Assembly: GCF_009914755.1 (NCBI RefSeq)
Contig: NC_060937.1
Length of the DNA: 64,000 bases
DNA from: the human T2T-CHM13v2.0 reference genome, Homo sapiens
Direction: 5' to 3' (one strand)
Shown: piece after piece, positions 1-14,984 of the stretch
Layout of the letters: every line of letters starts with the position of its first letter
Numbering within the stretch: the first letter of the stretch is position 1
Notes under the pieces: generated by a model
Told to the model about the DNA's origin: nothing
Databases searched by the model: none
What the model saw: the letters and a program-made list of their open reading frames with translations, nothing else
Program-made: the position numbers and the translations under genes

Positions 1-1130
1 ATGATTTGTTGGAAGATATCATAAAGCAAACATGCCAACCTATATTGTTGTATGGTTATATTTACTATTAGTAGACTGAGACATTCAAGAATACATATTC
101 TAGTCCTTCATACACCACTAAAAATAAAAATGAAAAAACTAATAAAACACAATGTAACAAAAGCTAAAACAGAATTAAGGGCAAATTCTGAAAACATCAA
201 AGTAGTTATTAATAAAAGAAGGCAAGAAAAAAATGAACAACAAAAGGGACAAAAGAGGACAAGAGAAAGAGAACACAATAAAAAATGATAAAATTAAAAT
301 CCAACTATATAGACATTACATGTTAATGAATTTAATGCTCTAATTAACATGCAGAATTATTTAAATAAAAAATAAAGCATGACCAAACTCTCTGCTGTTT
401 ACAAGAAGGCACTGTAAAATGAAGACCCCAATAGTTTGAAAGTAAATGCTAATGCGATATAAAGCATTGAACACAAAAAATTTAATATAGCAATATTAAT
501 ACAGTATAAGATAATCTTGGGAAAAAGTATCAGAGAAATAGAAGAAGTATATATAATGGGAACATGTTCAGTTCCTGAGAAAGAGATAAAAATTACAAAT
601 GATTATCTTTTTAATAACACAGCTGCAAAATACATGGAGTAAAATCAGATTTAGTTGGGGAAACAGAATTCCACAGTCATGATATAAGTGATAGCACCCC
701 TCTCTTCATCATTTCATAAAGAAAATAGACCAAAATCAGTGAATACTTATAGAATCTTAACAACATTCTCAACCACATTGATCTTCCTGTCATTTCTGGC
801 ACACTACCCCCAATAACTCTAGACTGACGATTTTTTCTAGTGTTTATTCACCAAGGTAAAGCTTGCTGAGCAAAAAAACCGAAAAGTATCTTTTACTTTA
901 ACTTCTAATGTAATGTAAACAAATCATTTTAACATTTGAGGAAAGAAGATAAAATGATGCTTACAAGAAAATTTTTAGTTTCAAATGCTTATACTGGAAC
1001 AAGAAAGGTCTCAAATCAGTATCCTTGAAAATTAGAAAAAGAGCAAAGGAATCATACACAAAAAGAATACAAAGAAGAAAATAGTAACCATAAAAGTAAA
1101 AGTCAATTAAATGGTAAAGCGACAATGATG
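1..1130 (+). mobile_element. Ancient L1 (L1M/L1ME-type) remnant, inter-ORF and ORF2 endonuclease region
   Basis: A-rich strand with decayed ORF2 5' motifs (aatgaatttaatgctctaatt..., ctctctgctgtttacaagaa, ttgaaagtaaa); no open frame. Confidence 0.55.
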
Positions 1131-1149
1131 TTTCCACGGTAATATTGTT

Positions 1150-1505
1150 AAAATATGCTTCTAAGTTGTTAGCTTTTGGTAAGTCTCAGGTCCTTTTTGG
1201 TTGCTAGCTAGAGACATCAGTTTCTTGAAACAGAGGTTTCTTACAGAACTAGAGTATGGAAGCTTTTTCCCACAAATTAAGGGTTCAGAGAGACAGACAG
1301 AGAGGGAGTGATAGAAAAAGAGAGAGAGAGGGAAAGTTTTTTTGTAGCCTAATCTCAGAAGTGACTTTTTATTATTTTACGCTATATTTTTCATTATAAA
1401 TGAGTCACTAGGTCCAGCTTGCAACTGAGGGGAAAGTTTTATATAAATTCATGAGTAACACCAGGCAGAGATCACTGGGAGCTCTTTCAGAGGTTGCCTA
1501 TAATT
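1150..1505 (-). mobile_element. MLT1 (MLT1H-like) MaLR LTR
   Basis: ctaatctcagaagtgac...gtcactaggtccagc...gatcactgggagctctttcagaggttgcctata resembles the reverse MLT1 LTR 5' end; left boundary uncertain. Confidence 0.5.
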
Positions 1506-3230
<1,725 letters not shown>

Positions 3231-3304
3231 ATGTAAAAGGCAGTGGAAAGACAGGTAGAAACCATCTCTAACATATATCTGTTGCAAAAGGATGTATATC
3301 AGGT

Positions 3305-4585
<1,281 letters not shown>

Positions 4586-4599
4586 TGTCTACTTTTTTG

Positions 4600-5390
4600 C
4601 ATACAACTTTTCTAAATCAGTAAGACAACCCAATTTAAAAAGGGGCTATAATTTTGACTAGATACCTTACAAAATAATATGAAATTGCTCATGAGCATGT
4701 GGAAACATATTCTAGATCACTAGACATGACGTTATACTCACATTGAAATGGCTAAATAAAAACTCTGGTAATACCAACTGTTGGAGAAGAGATAGAGAAT
4801 CGGGAACTCTCATGGACTGACGGCGGAAAAATAACAAGGTCTAGCTACTTCGTGAAACTAGTTTGGCAATTTCTTAAATGGTAAAACAACATCTGAAATA
4901 AATTCTATCTATTGCACTCTTAAGCATTTACTAACTAAAAATTAAAATATATATCTACACAAAGACATTTAAACTAATGTTCAGAGTATATTTATTTTTA
5001 ACAATCGAAACTTGAATATAGTCAAATATTTATCAATAGTTAACGGATATACAGAATTTGGTAAATAAATGCATTGGAATACTACTCTTCAATAAAAATA
5101 TATACACTAAAGACAGCAGGAAAAAAAAAGAAAAACATGGAGTGACCGTCCCTCCCCACCCCCTAAAGCATTATTTTGACATCAAGAAGTAGACCACATG
5201 TCTACTGAAGACTACTTTCATTCCTGGAGTACCCATGAAACTTTTAAAGGTGATAGGAATGTTCCTTATCTTGATTCTGGTAATGATCTCAACCATATGT
5301 ACATCAGACAAAATGCAGAGAATTTTACACTCAAATAGATGCATTTTCATAGGTAAATTATACTTTTTTAAAGGTTGATAATTTTAGAAA
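4600..5390 (+). mobile_element. Ancient L1 (L1ME-type) ORF2 end and 3' UTR
   Basis: aagacaacccaatttaaaa, ataccaactgttggagaaga, tttggcaatttctta, ggtgataggaatgttccttatcttgatt; probably continues the L1 pieces at 1-1130 and 3231-3302. Confidence 0.6.
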
Positions 5391-6889
5391 AAAATTAACA
5401 AGAAATGGATGCATGATTTAGCAAGTGATAGTAAAATTGACTAAATATTTGGAAAGTGAACATGTAATAATCAAGCCTATTACACTAAACTTATTACAGA
5501 AACTTAGATTACAAAGACTAATATAAAACACTAATATATAAGCACAGGAGGGAAGTAAGTTAAAAAGTTTGCAGTTTCTAAGTTGAGAACAACACTTCTA
5601 AGCATAAATACAGAAAAAAAATAATAAAAGCTAAGAATAATAAACTTGACAAGACAAAAATTTCCAATCACTCAAAAGAGTAGAAACTATTGTCATTCAT
5701 ATGGAACAAGCAGGCAAACGATATGGCAAAAATAATTACAGAAGTACAATGTTAAGCTAATAGACATAAAAAATGTCAAAAGCAATTAAAATGTAAATAT
5801 GCTTTATTAAAAATTATATGCTTTTTTAGAAAAACAAGAATTATTTTCTCATAAATAATTTTTTAAATCAATTTATAAATCTAACCAATTATCTCCAGTA
5901 AAATATATCTTAAAATTTAAAAAATATATTTAAAGAAACATATGCTTAAAGTTGAAAAATTAGGAAAAAATAATATATTGCTTATTTCTCATTTAATCAT
6001 AATTTGCAAGTAGTTTGTTGTTTGTATAAGTTTATTATAAAATTAATTGTAAATACATTTTTTAAAAAGCACCTAATATTTTAGCAAACAACTTATAGTT
6101 TTCATTTTGAAAATGGATTACATTTTAAAATTACAATTTTATATTGTGAATTTAAAATTCTAAAGTCTTAGGGACTACTAGGACCAAAATTTGATAGATA
6201 TGCAAACTGTATATTCTACTCTAGTTCAGATTGGTCAATAGATAATCCATCTACTCCTCATTGTTTATTATTTTAACCACCTGTAGAGTTTACTCCCATA
6301 TTGATTATTGACAAGGACCACAGTAGCATCTTTGGCTTCTCAGAGATTATTTCTTCTTTTAGTCTGAAAGTAGGATTAGAAAAAATATGAATATAATTAT
6401 AATTCTCTTGTATCCCAAGAATTATTTATTATTCTCTTTCCCAGACCATATTCTAAAAGAAAATGCCAAAGACTATACTGAATTCATTCAGGTAACAAAG
6501 GTACAATAAATATGTCAGTTGTGTTAGGCATTGGGTCAGGTGCTATAAATTTAGAGGCCCAAACAGACAATTCTCCTGTCATAATGGCTGAGTGTTTCCT
6601 GTTGTAGTGCGAACCTTCCTAGTGTTCTCTTTATATTTTACATCCTAGATCCAAAACCCGAAGGAAAAATATGCCATTTGATGTATTCAGAAGGTTTTCC
6701 ATGTGCTTACATACATAATTCCTATACATATGAAAATATTACTTATGTTAATCATGAATCTGAGTTTCCAAAAGTATCACATTAGTAATAATAACTTATG
6801 ATGCCCAGGAAGAGTGGCACACTATAGTAACTATCATTGTACAACAATATAGCATCAAATAAATTTTGGAGATGACATTTTTACTCATG

Positions 6890-7288
6890 ATTTTATTTAA
6901 TAATTAGAACTTGCATTTTGGCTTCAAGGAGTACACATGCAGGTTTGTTACATGGGCATATTGCATGATGCTGAAGTTTGGGGTACGATTTATCCTATCA
7001 CCCAGGTAGTGAGTATAGTACCCAATAATTAGATCCTCAACCCTTGTCCCCTTCCTTCGCCAACTTTGTAGTCGCCAGTGTCTGTTGTTCCCATCTTTAT
7101 GTCTATGTGTACCCATCGCATAGGTCTCACCTATAAGTAAGAACATGCAGTATCTGGTTTTCTGTCCCTGCATTAGTTTGCTTAGGATTATAGCCTCCAG
7201 GTCCATCCACGTTGCTGCAAAGGACATGATCTCATTGCTTTTTATGGCTGCACAGTATTCTGTGGTGTTTATGTACTACATTTTCTTA
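6890..7288 (-). mobile_element. L1PB-type 3' end, 5'-truncated
   Basis: gagtacacatgcaggtttgttacatgggcatattgcatgatgctgaagtttgggg; ORF 6904..7227(-) MSFAATWMDLEAIILS is the L1 ORF2 C-terminus. Confidence 0.9.
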
Positions 7289-8445
7289 AATTAACAAGTG
7301 TTTCACTTTCTTATAGGAATCTTGTAATAGTAGTAGCCTTTTTACATGCATATATATAACATGAAGAAGCTTAACTGTTTTGAAATTAAAGCTCAATTAT
7401 TATGTTAGTTTTAAAGTAAACACTAAAATACACATAATATATATTTCTATATATTAAAATATACAGAATATATAGATTTTTACACTTTTAATTTTAAGAT
7501 TTTTTTTATTTTGCCCCTCCCTCTTTACATATAGGTAAAATGTCTATAGCTATATTCCAAGTTTTTAGCTTTAATTTACAAAAAAGACTCCCAGGATAAT
7601 CATCTACTTTTCCAAAACTATATAATAGAAAATATACTATTTTAATAAGATAGACCTTCTCACATAATCAAAAAAATAAATGAGTACTTTTCTCTATCTT
7701 GGTCAATATTAAGTCAGGATATAACACCTGCTTGACTTAGTTCAGGTTTGTAAATCTTGTATTTTCTGACTCTATAGATCAGGACATGAGATGTTCTTAC
7801 TGACAAGGCTTTAATTAGGGTTAGTTTCATGGCCATGTGCCTATTACTCAAAAGTGTTGCCTTTTAAAAATTATACCAGTAAGATACTGGCACGACTTCA
7901 AGTTAATTTCCCTGCAGTTATGGGAGCGACATAACCCAGAAACTAACCACAGTGCTTGTCTCAAATCAGAATGCTTAGGCTGAATAGCCACATGAAAACA
8001 AGGATATAAGTTTTATTTTACACTGGTAAATGTAAATCAGGAAAAGTGTACATTTAGCATACGTCAAAAGAGCTTTGACTTCAGCCAATATTAAAGAAAT
8101 AATAAAAAACTATGAATACTTCTTAATAGGTATAGAGATATCTAGTTTTCTTAATGTAAACCAACATATTAACATTTATTTCTAAATATGATAGTCATAG
8201 TTACTGCTGTCATGCTAGAATATTTTAAAATAGGTAGAAAATTGCCTGTATATTCTGAACAACTTGAAATTTCAAAATATATGGTTGGAATATGCACATA
8301 GATCAATGCATCAAATTAGTTCTATCTGTGAAAATAATGCAAACAGTTTTAAAACTCATTTAAAATAAACTCAGATAAAGTCACCTCTTTAAAAAATTGT
8401 TTTATTACATCTTAGTGTCAAGAGAAATTTTAGAGACATACTTGT

Positions 8446-8946
8446 TATGATGGTTAATTGTATGTGCCAACTTGACTGGACCAAGGGATGCTTGGACAAT
8501 TGTCCAACATTATTTCTGGGTGTGTCTGTGTGGGTGTTTCTCTATGAGATTAGCATTTGAATTAGGTAAAACAGGTTGCTCCTCTTAATGTGGGTGGTCT
8601 CTTCCAGTCCATTGAAAGCCTGAATAGAATATAAACTGAATAGAAAAAAACAATTACCTTTCTCCCTGACTTTGAGCTGAAACACTGGTCTTCTTCTGCC
8701 TTCAGATGCTAAGTTAGATTGGAATTTATACAGTAAGCCTTCTGCTTCTCAGGCCCTAGGACTGAGATTGGAAATATAGCATCTGCTCTCCTGCTTACTG
8801 ACTGTAGATCTTGGGACTTCTCAGCCTCCATAATTGCACAAGCCAATTCCTTACAGTAAATCTCTCTCTCCATAAGGAGAGAAAATATGTACAGAAAGAG
8901 AGAGGACACACACACACACACACACACAAATATCCACACAAAGACA

Positions 8947-8991
<45 letters not shown>

Positions 8992-9041
8992 CTCCTATTA
9001 GTCTATTGTTTCTATTTCTCTGGAGAACCTTGACTAATATA
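8446..9041 (+). mobile_element. MLT2 (MLT2D-like) ERVL solo LTR
   Basis: Starts tatgatggttaattgtatgtgccaacttgactgg; ends tttctctggagaaccttgactaatata. Confidence 0.85.
8906..8989. repeat. Interrupted (CA)n microsatellite inside MLT2
   Basis: Two CA runs seen directly. Confidence 0.95.
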
Positions 9042-9296
9042 CTAGTCTTACCTCTCTTTTGAGGTAGAATCATGCCCTACAGCATTTCTGAGAGGTATCT
9101 TTCCAGTTTGGCAGAACTCTTCTTCTCTCTTTCAGCATCACACACGTAACTCCTTTGGGAAATGTTTTACCTTTATACATCATTGCTTTTACATTATTCT
9201 CTGATATTCCTACACACTGGCAGCATTTCACTACAGAGACCTTTGAGAACAGTGTCTACTATTTCCTGGCTGTGTATTAATAAACATTTATTCTGA

Positions 9297-9480
9297 TGGT
9301 TTTACATATAATTTCTTTAATTCTTATAATAAACCCTTGGGTGTATGTAATTATAACTCTCATTTTTAAAGAAAAGGAAATTGAGCATGGAGATGAGATA
9401 TGCTCGAGACACAGAACTAGTAAGTAGCAGACCTGAGATTTAAGCTCAGGCGGCATGTCTCCAATATCTCTGCTAATAAC
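9297..9480 (-). mobile_element. MIR SINE
   Basis: catttttaaagaaaaggaaattgagc...cacagaactagtaagtagcagacctgagatttaagctcagg is the reverse MIR core. Confidence 0.65.
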
Positions 9481-11749
9481 AACTATGAGTTAAGCATCTT
9501 ATAATTTAAATAAAATGTTTTTGTATTTAGATATTCCTTTCTATTGCCTTGATAAATATTGAATCTTATAATGAGTCTGATATAGAAATGCAAGTTTAAG
9601 GGCAAATTACTAATTTGATTATTATTACCATGTCATTTCTTAGATATAATAACTTTAAAACTTTGACTAATTCCATAGAAATCAGTAATTTCAATTTGTT
9701 GCTGATATTTGGACATGATTAAGTCATTTAAATTCAAATACCAGTATATTATGAAGCTCTCATTTTTTAAATAAATATAAAATTTATAATAAAAATTAAC
9801 ATTTGTGTATTAACGTATTAACGTAGGTTCAATATTCTGTAGGAGTGTCTCAGCCTCTACCATTTCAAGGTCACTGGAATATTCACAAAAAATCCTATAT
9901 TAATAAATTGTTAACGGATCAATTTTCTTCCTAAAGAAGCTAAATGCAAGGTAAATATGACTAAATTTGTGTGAGGATGTGTCAGTAAATATTCTCATCA
10001 ATTAAAAAATTGGAAAAGCCACATTTGAAAAGAAAGTTGAAGAGTGAATCCATAGGAGAATTGTACTACGCACAGATGGAAGGGCTGGACCTGACTGCCT
10101 GCCAGCCAGTACCTGTTCTGGAACGTGTGCGGCTACATCTCCAGAATACCTTTACTACATTAAGTGTTTCCCGGTGGCTGCCAAAATCTACAGATTTTCC
10201 TCTTAAAAGAAAATAATACCAAGTACAGCCAGGTTTGGAGGTCACAACTGAACAGTACAGTGAAAATACCAGAGACACAATTTTCTTAAACTAAATTCTA
10301 TTATCTGGGAATAGCTGGAAGTTCTGAATGTAAATTGAGCTGAAGAAGAAGGCAGTGCTTTAGGTTGATGGCCAATAGCCCAGAATAGGGAGCAACATGG
10401 GAACACAAGCTTCTCTTCCCACTGTTAATTATAATATTTGAGCTGGTCCCCTTTGGTTCAAGGTACAAAAACTCAGTCAGGACTGTGTTGGGCCCAGATG
10501 GTTGAATGATTGACTGGCTACCATTTTTGTGCCAGATGGCACATCCAGCTATTTTTTCATCCAGGTTTATTTGAACTCGGACATTGTATATGAGGGAAAA
10601 AGATTATATCACAACATGAGAAATAATGATATTTGTAATATCAAGAAAGGATCACACCGAAAACTTTGGGAATAGTTATTTAATCCAAATGATTAATAAA
10701 ATGCATTTTATTTCCTACATTTTTTTCCAATCATTAGGGAATATGAAAAAAGACTAAAGCATATATATTTTAAGCTAAGTTACAATGATTACTCTGCGTA
10801 ATGACAAACCAAATATAGTTTAGAGACTTATCACCTAGAGACAAGAAATTGGACCACATTTGTATGCCTCTGAAGAAGAACATAATCAAAATCAATAAAG
10901 TCTTAGGGCTGGTCATTTATCATAAATGGAAAACTTTATGCTTCTCCTGAGGGAATAGTAACATTGATGGCCAAATACGTTTGGCTCATGTGGCTAAGTC
11001 TTGCCTGCTTCTGGTTCTGCAGCTTTCTTTTTCCACCCAACAATAAATCACGTATTTTTCCATTAAATAACTTAGCACATTTGTACTGGATATCTAACTC
11101 TGCAAACATTATTTCACTAGTTGATGGTTCAGCTGTGAAATAAATGGGCCAAAACTCTTTCCCTCTATTACTTCATTTAGTGAGAGAAACATAAAATAAA
11201 TAAAATATATATATATTTACATACTATTTTACATATTAAACCTGCAATATTAAAAAATAGGAATCATAAGACTGTATAACAAAGAAAATGGTACAGTTAT
11301 TTTAGTTAGGGTGGCTTATCATTTAAGAACATATTGAACACCTACTACTGAAATACCAATTCCAAATTGGATTTTGGAAATAAGATTATTTATGTCACAA
11401 AAGGACCAATTCAAAATTAAGCAGTCTTGGTCTGGTGCAAGAGAGAGATGCCAAACAAAAGCCATTCCCCCTGCACCTCATTTCCTTCCCTGATCAAATT
11501 TGCTGATTTAGTCATATAGTAGATAAAGATCCCCAAGGCCGAAATTATGACTGACCTTAAGCAGTCATAGTAATATTCTTACTTCTGCACAGACTTTTCT
11601 TGGACAGAGGAAGAGGAGTGTCCCAATGGAAGAAGGGAGTTGCTCTCAAATGAAATCGCCACAAGCCGTTTTGTTAATCAGCTCTTTTCACATACTTATA
11701 GCCTTTTTTCCTCCCTTATAAAATTAATCAAGAGTCAGAATTGACCAGA

Positions 11750-12560
11750 TATTTGCGGAAAAGAAAATTCATACAAAAGGCAAAAACAAAACAATTTTAA
11801 AAGAATAAAGTGGAAACAGAGACAATCATAAAAAGCAAAGATTTCCTATGAAGTGTAATTAATTATATCAATAACAGGAGAGAACACACTAAATCAATAC
11901 AATAAGAAGAAAACAGTATGAATAATATCAGCCAGAGAACATAATATAGCTTTTGGAGTGTATGTAAAGCAAATATAGAGATCATGGGCCAGTAGCAGAA
12001 AAGGGAATGAGTGTCCAAAAATTACTGGAAGAAGTCAAGTAGCCAAATAGTAAGGTATTAAGAAAGATAAAGCAAGGGATGCTGAGAAGAGAAAATTATC
12101 AAAGTAATAGAAGACGATAATTTCCTAGAAAGGATGTCTCCCTTATTTAAAGACAAATGTAATAAAAATAAAAATAAATAGACTTGTAACAAAGTAAAAT
12201 ATCATGCCATTTTATAACAACAGAGGCAAAATAAATATCCTTATATTTTCTGGTGAAAAAACTGTATATAAAACCCATGAATACTCAAGTAACACTGGAT
12301 TATCAAATAAAAGCATTGGAATTTAGAAGAAAATGGATCAAAACTTTCAATTCGAGAACAAAATAATATTCATACTTGAATTCTAGACAAGTTCAAATAA
12401 TGAAATATAAAGATATAATAAAGTTATTCTGAGATAAGCAAAGTTTTAAAAATTGATCTATTTGGATCATTACTTGATTGCTGAGTAATTAATCCAAATT
12501 ACTCAGGATGTTGTGAACAAGTATACTCCAACAAAATTAAGACTTTAAATGAGTAAAATG
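11750..12560 (+). mobile_element. HAL1 or ancient L1 ORF1-like remnant
   Basis: agaaaattatcaaagtaatagaagacgataatttcctagaa, cattggaatttagaagaaaatgga, gaattctagac resemble decayed ORF1. Confidence 0.45.
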
Positions 12561-12764
12561 AGATTCAATATAAAATAAAATCACCAATTATTTGACTTAA
12601 TTACCACACATAATACCATGAGAGATACATTTCAGTAATCTTTTTCTTTTTTTTTAACAAGAAAAAGTTGAATGGCATCATTTGTACCATAGATTGGTGT
12701 CTGCAGTTGTGACTATCCACCATTTCAGATAGACAATTCATCTCATGAACAGATGATGGAAACT

Positions 12765-12815
12765 TATGGTATCGGTAAATACAGTACTCTAAATGTATTT
12801 TCTCTTCCTTACAAT
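12765..12815. mobile_element. Short MER2/Tigger-like DNA transposon fragment
   Basis: acagtactctaaatgtattttctcttcctta matches a recalled Tigger/MER2 motif. Confidence 0.35.
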
Positions 12816-13818
12816 TTTTTTTAACATTTTTGACTTTTACTTTAGATACGGGGAGTACATGTACAGGTTTGTTACATAGGTATAGTGCATCTAGGTGGTA
12901 AGAATAATACCAAATAGTTGTTTTTCAATCCACACCCCACTCCTCTCCTCCCTTTCAGTCTGCAGTTTCTATTGTTTCCATGTTTATATTTAGGTGTGCC
13001 AATATATAGCTCCCACTTAAAAGTGAGAATATACAGTATTTGGCTTTCTGATTCTGTGTTTTCTTAGGACTATGGCCTCCTGCTCCCTTCATATTGCTGC
13101 AAATGACATAATTGCATTCTTGTTTAAGGTTGTGTAGTATTTCATGGGGTAAATGTACCACATATTGTTTTTCCAATTCACTCCTGATGGGCACCTTGGT
13201 TGATTCCATGTCTTTGCTATGTGAAAAGCATGGCACTGAACATACAAGTGCAAATATCATTATGGTTTTAGTGATCCATTTTTCATTGGATATATGCCCA
13301 GCAATGGCATTGCTGAGTTGAATGGTTGCTCTGTTTTAACCTCTTTGAGAAAACTCCAAACTGCTTTCCACAGTCTCTGAACTAATTTACACTCAACCAA
13401 CAGTATATAAGCATTCTCTGTTGTCCACAGCCTTGCCAGCATCTGTGATTTTATGACTTTTTAATAATAGTCATTCTGATTGGTATGATATGGTAGCTCA
13501 TTCTGATTTTGACTTGCATTTCCCTGATAATTATTGTTGGTGAGCATTTTTCATGTTTGTTGCCCACTTGCATATTTTCTTTTAAGAAGTGCCTGTTCAT
13601 GTCCTTTGCCCATTTTTAATGGAGTTACTTATTTTTGTTTAAGTTCCTTATAAATTCTGGATATTAAAACTTTGTCAGATACATAATTTGTTAATATATT
13701 CTCCCATTCTGTAGAGTGTCTGTTTACTCTGTTCTTTTGCTATACAGAAGTTCTTTAGTTTAATTTGTCCCCACTTGTCAATTTTCATTGTTGTTGCCAT
13801 TGTTTTTGGAGGCTTACC

Positions 13819-14196
13819 TGTATTAGTCTGTTATCACCCTGCTAATAAAGACACACCTGGGATGGGAAAATTTATAAAAGAAAGTGGTTTAATTTACTCA
13901 CAGTTCGGCATGGCTGTAAAGGCCTCAGGAAATGTACAATCATGGGGGAAGGGGAAGCAAACACTTCCTTCTTAATATAGTGACAGCAAGGAGAAGTGCC
14001 CAGCAAAAAGGGGGAAAGGCTCCTATAAAACCATCAGATCTTGTGAAAACTCACTCACTATCATGAGAACAGCATAAGGGTGACCACCCCCATTATTCAA
14101 TTTCCTCCCATTGGGTCCCTCCCAGGACATGTGGGGATAATATGGGAACTATAATTCAAGATGTGATTTGGGTGGAAACGCAGCCAAACCATATCA
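13819..14196 (-). mobile_element. THE1 (THE1C-like) MaLR solo LTR
   Basis: tgtattagtctgtt...gctaataaagaca...cagccaaaccatatca; TG...CA ends; decayed 5-bp TSD ttacc/ctatc. Confidence 0.93.
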
Positions 14197-14942
14197 CTAT
14201 CCAAGAGTTATTTTTCAAGGTTCATGTCAAGAACAGTATTTACCAGGTTTTCTTCTGGGATTTTTATAGTTTGAGGTCTCACATTTAAATCTTTAATCCA
14301 TGTTGACTTAATTTTTGTACATGGTGAAAGATAAGGGCCGGTTTCTTTCTTCTGCATGTGGCTAGCCAGTTATCTCAGAACTACTTATGGAATAGGGAGT
14401 CTTTTCCTTATCTCCTGCTTTCATTGGCCTTCTTAAAGATCAGCAGGTTGTATGTAGGTGTGCAGATTTATTTCTGTGCTGTCTACTCTGTTCCATTAGT
14501 CTATCTGATCTATGTGTCTGTTTTTGTACTAGCATTACCATTTTCATTACTGTAGCCTTATATTATAGTTTGAAGTGGGTTTGTTCAAACTTATAGTTTG
14601 AAGTATGATGTGTCCAGCTTTGTGGTTGTTTTGTTTTTTGTTTTTTTTTTTTTTCCCTTTGGATTGTTTTGGGTATTCAGGCTCTTTTTAGGTTTCTTAC
14701 GAATGTTAGGATTGTTTTTTCTAATTCTGTGAAGAATAAAGTTGGTAGTTTGCTAGAAATAGCATTTAATCTATAAGTTGCTTTGGGCAGTGTGGTCATT
14801 TTAACAATATTAATTCTTCCTATCTATGAGTATGGAATGTTTTACCATTTATTTGTGTCATCTCTAATTTCTTTCAGCAGTGTTTTGTAGTTCTCCTTGC
14901 AAAGACTTTTTACCTCTTTAGTTAGACGTGATCCTAGGAATC

Positions 14943-14944
<2 letters not shown>

Positions 14945-14982
<38 letters not shown>
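14945..14982. repeat. (GT)19 microsatellite
   Basis: Perfect dinucleotide run. Confidence 0.97.

Positions 14983-14984
<2 letters not shown>

Noticed and set aside
8709-9073. Cys/Val- and His/Thr-rich ORFs
   Set aside because: These are translations of the (CA)n microsatellite
14093-14103. DUX4 site in the THE1 LTR
   Set aside because: It reads ttattcaattt instead of tgattcaatta, so the motif is degraded
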